24,296 nucleotides of DNA from Anthoceros angustus (taxonomy: Eukaryota > Plantae > Anthocerotophyta), in assembly GCA_010909165.1 (NCBI GenBank), contig VJWM01000387.1, forward strand, positions 1 to 24,296, read 5' to 3'. The position numbers and the translations under genes were made by a program. How positions within the stretch are numbered: the first letter of the stretch is position 1; each line of letters begins with the position of its first letter. The notes below the pieces were generated by a model. It had not been told where the DNA came from and ran no database searches. It saw only the letters and a list, made by a program, of their open reading frames with translations. Of this stretch, positions 1 to 10,265 are shown piece after piece.

Positions 1-885
1 GATTGGTAGTCTTCTGGCATCTGAGTTTTAAAGGTCTTTGGTCGTGGAATGTTTGCAAAATGCATGCAACTTGGACGATGTCTCCAAGCAAACGTATCTT
101 ATTCTAATCTTTAGTTCGCTTGGGAGCTCCAGATCTCTTTCGTAAGCAGCTCACGTCGCTCATCGATACGGTATACCTATTCTTGATTACAGTGTCCTGA
201 TACAGAGGAGATGGCGGATTTCTACGACTTTCTGGCCACTTGTTTCGCCGTAAACAGCGTTTTATTTGGTGCGGCGGCTACTATCGAAGCAATTTTATAT
301 TGTTTAGTGCAGATCAGTAGCCGCAGACAAGCTGCACCAGGAGCTGGCGAAGGAATTGACAAATCAGCTGCACCATCAGCTGGTGCTCGGAATTCGTTGG
401 GGGGCAAGCAGTCTAGTATGATGAATTTACATGGCTCCAGGCCCTGATTCAATTGCCAATCATGGTGGCTATGGTCCATTTGCCACTCATGCCTCGTCCC
501 CGGATTCCAGTGAGCGGATCATCAGGCTTGTTAGTTCAGGGGAACGCTATCTGAACAAGTTATCAATGTCGATCATGGCCGACATCAGGAGGCTCTTAAT
601 TGTTTGTACTGGATTCATCTGGATGATATCTTTAGATACAACTTCTATGCTACAACTTTCAAGTCAAGTCAAGAGCTCCTACCTCTTTCCTTTGCACCCT
701 GCAATAAGATTGAACTTCATTACCCTGAGACTTGATATACCGAATGACTGGACAAAAGCTTGTCTACATCTTTTATGCAGCAACATATTTTCAAGTGAAG
801 CAAGCCCTAGCTATCTCTTGCCTCCACTAGAAGTTATGATAAGATGTACTTTAGTCACTTTCACTCCGTCTCTTGGAACATTATA
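1..885 (+). pseudogene. 3' end of an LRR-type gene, paralog A (last LRR-like units plus a non-LRR C-terminal region), frameshifted; runs off the window start
   Basis: Frames read RSLVVECLQNACNLDDVSKQTYLILIF (LRR-like spacing), ADKLHQELAKELTNQLHHQL and YDEFTWLQA. The segment is colinear and clearly homologous to ~10026-10890. NLR identity is inference only; no NB-ARC is seen. Confidence 0.5.
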
Positions 886-1699
886 AACTTTTTGGTTTAA
901 TCATTTTAATATTTTTCTTTATAGTGTAAATATTTCTAGGTGGCAATTCAAATTTACATGCACATACCAATCTTGGGCTTTAACGTTATTTAAATCTTGA
1001 TATTTAAAAATTAAATATTTAAACAAACACTAGTCTTTATTAATGTAGTCTTCAAAGTTTCATGTGTTCATAATTTTTATATAGTATTATAATATAATTT
1101 TTATATAATCTAATAATAAAATATTTTGATAAAATTATCCTACTTGTGATTATCATCTTTTTAACATTTTCAGACTATCATAGCTCAACATGATCGCACC
1201 CAACAAAGACCAAAAGGTTTGCACAAAATACCATAAAAGCTTGAGGCATCTCATCAAACTCTAAGGTAGCCACATGCATTTCAAATTAAAAGAAAGGTGT
1301 AGTAAGCATATAGAAATCCAAAGATTATTATAAACAATAAATATATAAATAGGTATAGGATAGATAAGTTATTTCATTTTATTTAACAACCATTTGAACA
1401 TAATTACAACCAACATTCGGTTGCAAATGGATTTTTGGTTTGACCAACCCAAGATCCTTCTTATGCACTTAAATGAGAAGCGTAGACCATTCTCATTCTA
1501 AACATCATCCCCAATAACCGTAAACAAAGAATTTGTGTATTCTATAGATCAGATAAAATGTAATTATCATATTTTTTATAAAAATAATCGATGTAATAGT
1601 TTAGTAAATATAGATATTAGATCAGAATTTAGATGAGATAGATTTAGACTGAGACGGGAGGATTCATAATGTTTGGCTCCCTTTCATCGGCAAGCTGTG

Positions 1700-2050
1700 T
1701 ATGTGATAGCCATTTGTGTTGCTCTCGTCTTCATTTGTGTTGTTCTTTGGCTCTATTTGTGTTGTTCTAGTCTCCATTGTGGCTCTATTTGTGTTAATTC
1801 AGTCTCCATTGTGTTGCTCGACGGGTCAATTTGTGTTGTTCCTAATGTCCATTTGTGTTGTTCTCATTTCTATTTGTATTTTTCTCCATGGTGTTGCTGA
1901 ATGAGTCTATTTGTGTTGTTCCTAATGTCCATTTGTATTGTTCTCGTCTCCATTTGCTCGATGTGTCCGCTTTGTATTGCTCCTTTATCTCTATTTGTGT
2001 TGTTTGGTCACCCGTCCTCACTTATGTGGAACCTGTTTTTATCTACTTTG
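1700..2050. repeat. Degenerate T-rich tandem repeat (core ctc(t/c)atttgtgttg)
   Basis: Many imperfect copies of the core, plus an exact 28-nt repeat atttgtgttgttcctaatgtccatttgt at ~1829 and ~1909. Confidence 0.8.
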
Positions 2051-2051
2051 T

Positions 2052-2207
2052 TGTAAAATCTCAAATGTTATGTGCCTCATTGGCAAGCTCTGTAAAACCT
2101 CAAATGTTATGTGCCTCACGTGCAAGGTCTGTAAAATCTCAAATGTTATATGCCTCACCAGCAAGCTCTGTAAAATCTCAAATGTTATGTGCCTCACCGG
2201 CAAGCTC
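2052..2207. repeat. 39-bp minisatellite, 4 copies
   Basis: tgtaaaatctcaaatgttatgtgcctcaccggcaagctc x4 head-to-tail with a few substitutions. Confidence 0.95.
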
Positions 2208-2531
2208 TCCTTCGTACTAATCAATCTAGTGTGGTTCCCATTTGTCTACGTTGTTCAATTTGTTTGTACGTTGAACAACGATTTGTGTGAGGAACCTGGC
2301 TCTAGGTTCGCGCGCTTTGACCAACTATAACTCTATGTATACCATATATATGGCATATAGTCCACAATGATGATTAAAATGATTCCCTCTGCAGCTTTTG
2401 CCGCGTATTTGCTCAAAAGAAAATGCTGCTGACATGCCTCCTCCGGCTGGTGTGTGTGACCTCATGAATTTCGTGGATGCTGACGTGGCCGCATGTGCCC
2501 ATCTGCGTGGTATTTGGAATAAGACCTCACC

Positions 2532-2746
2532 GCTGATCGCCTCGGAGGCTTGAGCCAGATTCGATTGGAGGAAATTTTGGGCCTTCCTGATGTCTCTCTT
2601 ACCCGATCCGCTCAGTTAAGAATACCGTCCCCGCCGCTGCTGCGACGGGTTCAACTAACTATACATGTGACGGGCTCAACTAACTATGCCCGCATTTATA
2701 CTGAATTATCCCGGTATTTATTCCGGTATTTATTCCGGTATTTATC
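2532..2746 (-). repeat. 3' LTR, truncated
   Basis: Homologous to ~7915-8130, with a nearly identical core gacgggctcaactaactatgcccgcatttatactgaattatcccggtatttattccgg. It lacks the ~95 bp equivalent to 8130-8224 and ends in ccggtatttat(t/c) x3 (2711-2746). Confidence 0.9.
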
Positions 2747-2749
2747 CCA

Positions 2750-3270
2750 GATGGTCTTCCGCCCGGAAACGGACGGGGTGATTGAGGTGAGTGTGGTGCG
2801 GAGAAGGCTTGGGAGATCGGACAAGGGACGCAGGATCGAGGTTTATACGCCGGCCCTACCGGAGAGCTGGAAATCAGGATGCCCGGGTGTTGGAGGAGGG
2901 TAAGAGAGGTTGGGATCAGAGGCGACTCGCGTGATGGACGGAGGGCTGGGGTTGGGCCTACGCGGCCGGGGTTGGGGTCCCCCGGCGATGGAGGCCGGGT
3001 TCTCGAACATGCGATTGGCCGTGGAGCGGGGTCCGAACCCGGGAGGTATTGAGATGTGTACTGCTGGACAGAGGCGATGGGCCTGGTACGGGTGTCTTAG
3101 CTCGCTGCGATGGGCTGGAGACTAGGACGCTGGGCTGTGGCGATGGGCCGGAGCAAGCAAGCGATGGGCTTGATGGAGGAGGCGAGGGGCCTGACGTGTT
3201 TGGGTGGGGACTGGACGGGTCTGGGAGTAGGGTTGGTGTGCACGAGGGGAGGGAGGAAGGGCGAGAGATG
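2750..3270 (-). other. Pro/Ser-rich low-complexity extension C-terminal to integrase
   Basis: ORF 2958-3311 continues from FYVSMLKP into RPSSLPSCTPTLLPDPSSPHPNTSGPSPPPSSPS. Confidence 0.55.
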
Positions 3271-4200
3271 ACGGGTTTCAACATAGAGACATAGAAAGTG
3301 ACAGGCGCCAACCAAATAGGAGGAGATCAAGCCGGTAGGCGACGGGATCTGTCTGAAATTCAAGGGTCCAGCAAAGACAATTTGTCTTTTGTCCGGATGA
3401 GGTCAGTACTGCTTTTGAGCTTGAGTGGACCACCATGTCCCAAGTTGTAGACGACGCCTCCCGCGGCCGATTTGCGTAGTTTCGTAACGGTCTTGGGCTG
3501 CAAGGAGTTTCGCTGGCAAGCTTAACTTCCCGAAATATGTCTTCTCATTGCCTCGGCCTCTTCCACTTATCCTTCCGGGAAGGCCGAGACCGGGTGGGGG
3601 GGATTTTCCAGACAGAGCTTGTAAGGACGACTGCAGATGCTTGGATGTGTTGTAGGCAAACTCGAGTAACGGTAAGAGGTCTTCCCTTGTTTCTCATGGG
3701 TAAAGTGGCAAAGCATGTCTCGAGTACTGGTTTTGTTTCTGCTTTGGCCGCCGGGTGACAAGTAGATGACATATGCTGCTCCATACCGAGAGTCTCCGTG
3801 AAGGTTCTCCAGAACCCAGAGGTAAACTTCACATCTCTGTCGGAGACAATGTTTTCTGGGGTTCCGTGAAGACGGAAAATTTCCTTGACGAACAGGTGGG
3901 CTAATTTTTGTGCGGTGATGGTAGACTGGACGGGGACGAAGCGGCAGGTTTTTGTGAGGCGGTCCATCACGACCCAGATACTATCACGACCTGACTTGGA
4001 GCGAGGTAAGTGAGTGATGAAATCCATGGAAATGGAGCCGAACCGCCACTGGAATTGCTTAGAAGGCCAAATTGTTTCCGTGTTCGCTTGCTTGTTGGAT
4101 CGATGTGAGCGGACCCACTCAATACAGCGGAGTCCCAATGGAAGTGTTCCTTGACTCTAGCAAGTTTTATCGATGCCTAGGTGGCTGGGGTGTCATGAAG
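3270..4200 (-). pseudogene. Retrotransposon integrase (core plus GPY/F region), frameshifted
   Basis: ISMDFITHLPRS..DSIWVVMDRLTK, HGTPENIVSDRDVKFTSGFW, FAGP (~3364-3375) and FYVSMLKP. Confidence 0.92.
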
Positions 4201-4399
4201 GTCATGGAGAATAGCTTTTGACATGTTGGAGTTGGTCCGGGATGACAAGCCTACCTTTCAGTATGCGTGCCTTTGATCGAGTAGAGTTGGGTGAGGGCGT
4301 GGGTTGACCTAGCTTGGCATCCGTGAGCGTGTCGTTGTGGAGAGATGGTGGTCATGGGGACTAACGATTGTGTCGAGTTGGGACATAAGTGCACAAGCT

Positions 4400-4925
4400 C
4401 GCCGGCTGAGGGCATCCGCGACTGTATTTGAAGCTCCAAAGACATACTTAATATCAAACTTGAAGTCCGCTGTACTCACCACCTTTGCCGGATTCTGTGT
4501 TTGGTTGAGTGAAGAAATACTGAAGTGAATGGTGATCTGTGTTGCAGGTGAACGGTTGCCCTAATAGGTGTCTCCATACCCGAGAGCGTGAACTATGGCC
4601 AGCATTTCTTTGTGAACGGATAGTTGTCGAGCACCTTGTAGTTTTTGATTCATATGCAATCACGCCATGTTGTGTTAGCACCATAGCAAAGTCGATGCAT
4701 CGGTGTGTACTAGGGAGCTTGGGGATCAGACGGCTAGGACCGGAGCACCAAGGGACCGCTTAGGGTTTGGAACGCTTGACGTAGGGAGAGTTGGAGGGGT
4801 TGATTGACTACGAGGGCAGGAGGGGAAAGCCATCTTCGAAATCTTTGATAAACGGCGATAGAAACTGCGAGGCCAAGGAAACCTCTCGCTGGTCTTGAGG
4901 TAAAGGCCACTCCAATGACCTTGAT
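4400..4925 (-). pseudogene. Retrotransposon RNase H/connection region, frameshifted
   Basis: VLTQHGVIAYES and WRHLLGQPFTCNTDHHSLQYFFTQP motifs, lying between RT and INT. Confidence 0.85.
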
Positions 4926-4928
4926 TTT

Positions 4929-5654
4929 CTAGGGTCTACGTGGATGCCTGGCAGGGATATGACCTAGATACTCACACTCAGGTTGCATGAAGACGCACTT
5001 GCTACGGTTGGCTAGGAGTTGGTGTTTCCGGAGTAAGGTGAAGACTTCTCTAACAAGTTTGTAGTGTGTTTCTACATCCTCAGAGTAGATGAGAATATCA
5101 TCTAAAAATACGTCCACTCCTCTTCCCAACAGGGGACGGAGGACTTCTTGCATCAGACACTGGAAGGTGGCGGGGGTGTTGGTAAGACCAAACGGCATGA
5201 CAACAAATTCAAAATGACCATGACGGGTACGCGCTTTGTACTTTGCCACCTTCGTGGATACGATTCCGATGGAAGCCCCGACCTTAAGTCGATTTTTTGT
5301 GAGCAGCGTGGAGCCGTGGAGTTGATCTAGGATGTCGTCAATCCGCGGCATTTGGTAAACATTTTGTACTGTTGCTCTGTTCAGCCTACGATAGTCGATG
5401 CAGAGTCGCCATGCTCCATCTGGTTTTGCGACCAGTAAAACGGGTGCACCAAAGGGTGAGACAGAGGGTCTCACAAACCCACTGGCCAGGAACTCATCCA
5501 CTTGTCGTTTGATTTCCTCGCTCTCTGTTGCTGATGCTCTGTATGGAGGCATATTGACTGGTGTATGTCCGGGTAGGTCGATGCGGTGGTCGACGCTTCT
5601 CCTAGATGGTAGGTCCGTAGGTGTTTTGAAGATGTCTACGAACTCCTTCAACAT
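4929..5654 (-). pseudogene. Ty3/gypsy reverse transcriptase
   Basis: PSVSPFGAPVLLVAKPDGAWRLCIDYRRLN, MPRIDDILDQL, VMPFGLTNTPATFQ and VFLDDILIYS. Confidence 0.96.
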
Positions 5655-5799
5655 CCGCCGTACTGTGGGAGCATGTCTTCTACTTCTTAGCGCCTAGACT
5701 GCCGTGCCTCCTAGTGGCATCACTCTGCTTGAGTCTGGCTATACATGAATTGCCCGTGTGGCTTTATTCAAAGAGACGATAGAGGTGCTTGTCGAATGT

Positions 5800-6150
5800 A
5801 TTTCTCCTGCATTACAACCGACGATCTCCTACGGACAAGGTAACTACATTTGTATTCCAAATCAATATCTAAGTTGTTGGAATGCGCCAACTGTGGCTTA
5901 CCGATAATGATGTCATGGCATAGGTTCGCATGACCGTGAGTTTCATGATTTCGGTATCCACCAGGAAGGTGAGCATGGCTTCTACCCATTGCTCTCGGCT
6001 GGTTTCTCTCTCATTGAGTGACCACCGATAGTTGTCCCCACTGGATCTTCGTGCCCGCCTCCCCACCGACCTTGAGATGTAGTGATGACTCGCCTCCCGA
6101 GTCCAACAATCCTGCAAGTAGCCCTTCTACTCCCATGAGGAGCTTGATGG
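5800..6150 (-). pseudogene. Retroviral-type aspartic protease, frameshifted
   Basis: GLLDSG (DSG at 6103-6095), then ASHHYIS in a shifted frame, and later DIIIGKP. Confidence 0.85.
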
Positions 6151-6269
6151 GAACATGGTTGTTGCTAGTGAGAGAGTCAAGAGTACCTCCATGGCACACG
6201 CAGCCTAGCTCGATGGTTCCTTCTAACTCACCGAGTGAGCCCGTTTTGCGGTGCTCACCGTGGTTTCAC

Positions 6270-7245
6270 GGACTTGGCCTCTCAACCAGTCGTGAAGTCA
6301 CGATGAGGGCGCTGAGAACCGTGGTCTCAAGTGTGAAACACAAGTGCTTGTCCATGTATTGCTTACGTCTCTTCAATACTTTGAACATCACCTTCTTGTC
6401 GGAAGCATGTGCGCTTTGTTCCACTTGGTTGTGTTCAAATACTTGTATTTGTTGACCGTAATTCCTTGCACTTTCATTGCCTCCACCGGTGTGGGGTTCG
6501 CTTGGTAGACGTCCGCATCTCGCCGAGGCCATCGATTAATTTCTCGCCGTCAAGACGTGGCATATCGAGGGTAAGCGCGTAAATCGGCCGTAATAATCTT
6601 GAATGGTACCTTGTTGGGAGATAGTCCAAACTCTTAATATAGGTCTTTCCGATGGTTGATGGGTAGGAATTGTTCTAGAAACTGTTGTCTGAACAGGGTC
6701 CACGAGTGGATGGGTTCCTCCATCCCGAGTTCCACCTGCCGTTCTCTCTGCCGCCACCATCGATATGCATACCCCTCGAAAGACATGGTGCAAAACTGAA
6801 TTTTCTGATGGTCGTCTTTCTCACTGACTGCCAGGTATCTTTCCATCTTATCGACCCAATCATAGACGGCTTGTGCGTCCTTCATAGTCCCGTCAAAGGT
6901 GGATGTTTTAATCTTCCTCTGCAGATCTCGATCCAACTGGGCACGGGACTTGAATGGGAGTTCACCTTCCTCTCCTCGTTGGTAAGCTTCATCTTTACCT
7001 CGTTGTGACTCCCAGTTTTCGTAACGCATGAGTTGTAACCTTCTTGCCAACGCCTTGATCTCTTGGTTATCCTTCTCTCCAGGTAACAACTCGACCAAAA
7101 GCTTCTTCAACGCTTCATCACTGCCTTGCCCAGACCGGTCATGAGTGGCCGCAGGTGTACCGGGTCTTGGCCGCTTTTCTTCGCTCTCATTAGACCTTCT
7201 GGTGTGAAGGTGAGCGGGTGTGGAGTGTTGTTCACCGTCGGGCAT
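6270..7245 (-). pseudogene. Gag (Retrotrans_gag-like capsid plus a degenerate zinc-knuckle region)
   Basis: TFDGT..VYDWVDKMERY..FEGYAYRWW..SWTLFRQQFLEQFLP, and YMDKHLCF near 6340-6360. The start codon is uncertain. Confidence 0.88.
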
Positions 7246-7900
7246 GGATGACGTTGGGTGACGGTGGATGTTGGGGTGAGTTGCCCCAGTAGACGCTCCA
7301 ACCGACGCCCAGCGGCCTCGGGTTTTCCTCCAGTTCGCTTCTACTCGACCGACGCTTCCACCTCTCTCAATTGTTTGCCTTGTGTTTCTAGACTTCGAGA
7401 TTTCTTCAGGATCACCACGACGGTGCGTTCCTCGCAGCAACAAGTTGGGTTGCGCCTTCCTGCCCGGAGACGCCTTTTCACGTCACCGCTCCATCTCTCT
7501 CCGATGTAGGATCCGGATGCTTCCTCGGGCCGGCCACACGCTGAGGTGTTCGGTCGCGTAGTCCACGACTTCCGACGACGTATCCCTCCCGACTCGCACC
7601 CAGCAGCAATCCTAACTCGCTTGTTCTTGGCCAACAATTTCTCCCTCGCGCCTCCGACCGCCTCCCGCAGTTCTGCCCCAAGATCTCGGTGATATCGAGA
7701 GGCGCCTCCATGGACTGCGGTCGCGTGCGGCTCTCCTCCGGACCCGGTCACCAATCCCTTCCAGCGGCCGTTCTTCATCGCTCCCGCCGGACCCTACGCG
7801 ATTGACTTCCGAGATTGGAACGCAATCGCTCATGGATTTCTCTGGCCCTGAATCCCCGGCCCAACCGCTGGTAATCCGCCTCAAATGTGGATCGTGAGAG

Positions 7901-7912
7901 GCTCTGATACCA
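7901..7912 (-). promoter_or_regulatory. Primer-binding site complementary to the 3' end of initiator tRNA-Met
   Basis: The minus strand reads TGGTATCAGAGC, 2 nt after the LTR-terminal CA. Confidence 0.95.
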
Positions 7913-7914
7913 AA

Positions 7915-8224
7915 TGTCACAGATCAGCTCTGTGAGGCTTGAGCCAGGACTCGATTGGAGGAAATTGGCTGCTTGTTCAGTCTTCCGGATGTCTCTTGTA
8001 CCCGGTCTGTTCAGGCCAAGAACAGCCGCGTCCGGCCGTTGCTGCGGACGGGTTCAACTAACTATACCTGTGGACGGGCTCAACTAACTATGCCCGCATT
8101 TATACTGAATTATCCCGGTATTTATTCCGGGATAATACCTAAACCGGAATTAACCTAGCTACCTGAACTAGCTGGGGAATGACTGTGTTCACACTTGTGT
8201 CGTGGGGTTGTCACGGCTGTGACA
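7915..8224 (-). repeat. 5' LTR (310 bp), complete
   Basis: Perfect 8-bp terminal inverted repeat TGTCACAG...CTGTGACA, minus-strand TATAAA at 8104-8099, and an internal 19-bp repeat gacggg(t/c)tcaactaactat x2. Confidence 0.95.
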
Positions 8225-10181
8225 TCACCAACCTGCAAGTCTTTCCACATCTCATAGATGTCGTGGATTCCGAACCTCCACAGCTGTATTTCACAGGCAC
8301 ATGAAGCAACTTTTCCAGCAGTAGCAGTGCAACTGTGTGTTGTGCTACTATGTAACTGAAAGTATCTGCTACCAAGTCGCTAGTCTGTGGAAGGTGAAAT
8401 GGTTACCGACTTGTGCTCGTTGATTTGTTGCAGTAGAACACTACATACGTTCAGAACCAAGCACCTGACTTGTACTGCACCTTGTACATAGGAGTGCTGC
8501 CGGCTGATGAGTTTTAGGGCCTAGCACTCTGCGATGTTCTGCAGTTGCTTCAGCACATGGTGACATTTGTGATAAAGGGTGGTGGTGTCTGTCCGTTATG
8601 TCTGGTCAGTGATGTCTGTCATCTGTTTGTTAGTTGCCATCCCGCCTGCTGCAGTCGAACTCTGTTGTAATTCCTTCCATTTGGGCAAGCAACCATGGCC
8701 AGATGTTTGTCAACTTGTGCCCCCGAGTTCCTGGAGTCCTGGACTGTTCAAAGTGTGCCAGTTGCTTCAATTCAGCAACATGTTCGATTCCCACACTTTG
8801 TTGAAGCATCAACAATGCTTCGGTCTTGGAGCTGCATCTTGGAGCTGAGATAGTCTCCTGTGCAGAACAGGTACAGTAGAAGCCCTGGTTTTGGGGAGAT
8901 AGCGTATGCTGCAATTGTGGCAAAAACTTCATGTTCCCTCGGAGGCTGATGGACATGTTGGTCCCATGAAGCTTGCCGAAGCGACATGAGGCTGTGGTGT
9001 AGTAATGCGTTAGCAGCCTCTGACGATGATCCTGAGGAGGAACCTCTGAGACGGCTACCAGGATTGTTAGGCTAAGCGCGGAGTCCGCGAAGTCGTTTTG
9101 CATGCCATTAGCGAGACAAGAAGATGAGTTGAATCGTGCGCGAGGTAATGACGATCTCGAACCCTATGCAAGCGGTGCAAAGGAAATCACTTCATGTCGG
9201 AAGCATCCGCTGCTGGTTCCAATCTCAGCTGGTTCGGAAGAGTTGCAGTAAAAGCACTCTGAATGTGCCTGCATTGTTCATTGGCCGGTTCAGCCGGAAG
9301 GCAGGGTTCTGTTGTCCCTGTGAGCCCGCCCACGCTCGACTGAACTCTGATAGATCTGCAGAGTTCAGTCCCACGAATCTGGGGCAGATCTTTACCCCCG
9401 CTCGCCAAATGGTGCACTGACAAAATGTGGGCTCTGAAAGCTTCAGAAGCTGAAATTGCTGGGAACGAATTAGTTGGTCGACCCCAAACTGCCTCTGCGC
9501 GCTTCCGTGGCTCTGGATCACCGCTACCACAGTGAGTGAAAACAGTGTGGACAGTTGGAGATTCTTCTGGAGCTCTACTCCATGGCATGCCAAGGTCCGG
9601 GGGTCCATCCGCATGCCTCCCTATGTTTTCTTCGTCTTCTTCTTGTTCTAATACCGTGACGAGTTGAACACGAGGGAACTCAAGGGTTCAACAGGGACGT
9701 TTGATCCGGCCGTTAGGTCTTACGAAATACGATACGTTATAAAGCGGCTCAAGGTGAGCGCGGCAATTCATTGTCCGAGTCTCGTCATCTCGTCAATTTG
9801 TTGGCATCCCGCAGCGCGTCTTTGCCGAGTCTCGCCGGTACAAGTGCTGTCGGGATCCTCAGCTGGTCAAGCTTCTACCAGCAGCAGATGATCTTCCCTC
9901 TTGCGTTTCTGCGCCCGAACCGAGATTTATTTGTTTGAGTGCCTTTTGAGAGGATCGACTGGTGTCTGTGTAAGTACTGGCTGTCAGTCAGCCTGAGAAT
10001 GTGAGTACACTGATATCAATGTTTGAATTGGTTAGTCTTTTGGCATCTAAGTTTCTCGAGTCTTTGGTCTTGGAGTGTTTTGAAAACATGCGTGCAGCAT
10101 TCGATGATGCACCAAGCAAATGCATCTTTATTCTGATGTATAGTTCACTTGGTCACTCGATCTCTTTCGCGAGGATTTCCT

Positions 10182-10265
10182 GGTGCTCATCGAGACCTAC
10201 TCTTGATTACAGATTCCTGATACGGTGCTCATCGAGACCTACTCTTGATTACACTGTCCTGATAC
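10182..10265. repeat. 42-bp tandem duplication within LRR paralog B
   Basis: ggtgctcatcgagacctactcttgattaca...tcctgatac x2; the corresponding sequence is single-copy in paralog A (~157-204). Confidence 0.9.

Larger units (their letters stand above)
2532..8224 (-). mobile_element. Ty3/gypsy LTR retrotransposon (chromovirus-like), degraded
   Basis: Paired LTRs, tRNA-Met PBS, gag-PR-RT-RNaseH-INT domain order, and TCACC direct repeats at 2527-2531 and 8225-8229. Confidence 0.95.

Noticed and set aside
2052-2207. 39-bp repeats as a CRISPR array
   Set aside because: The units are contiguous with no unique spacers, the context is eukaryotic and there are no cas genes.
1673-2330. Hydrophobic, Cys-rich ORFs as membrane peptides
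   Set aside because: They are by-products of T/G-rich tandem repeats that lack stop codons in several frames.
7258-7920. ORFs in the retroelement leader as an extra (env-like or antisense) gene
   Set aside because: GC-rich leader with overlapping ORFs in many frames and no recognisable motif.
8630-9614. Minus-strand ORFs of 130-157 aa as separate genes
   Set aside because: No motifs; they are antisense to the degraded LRR-like sequence.
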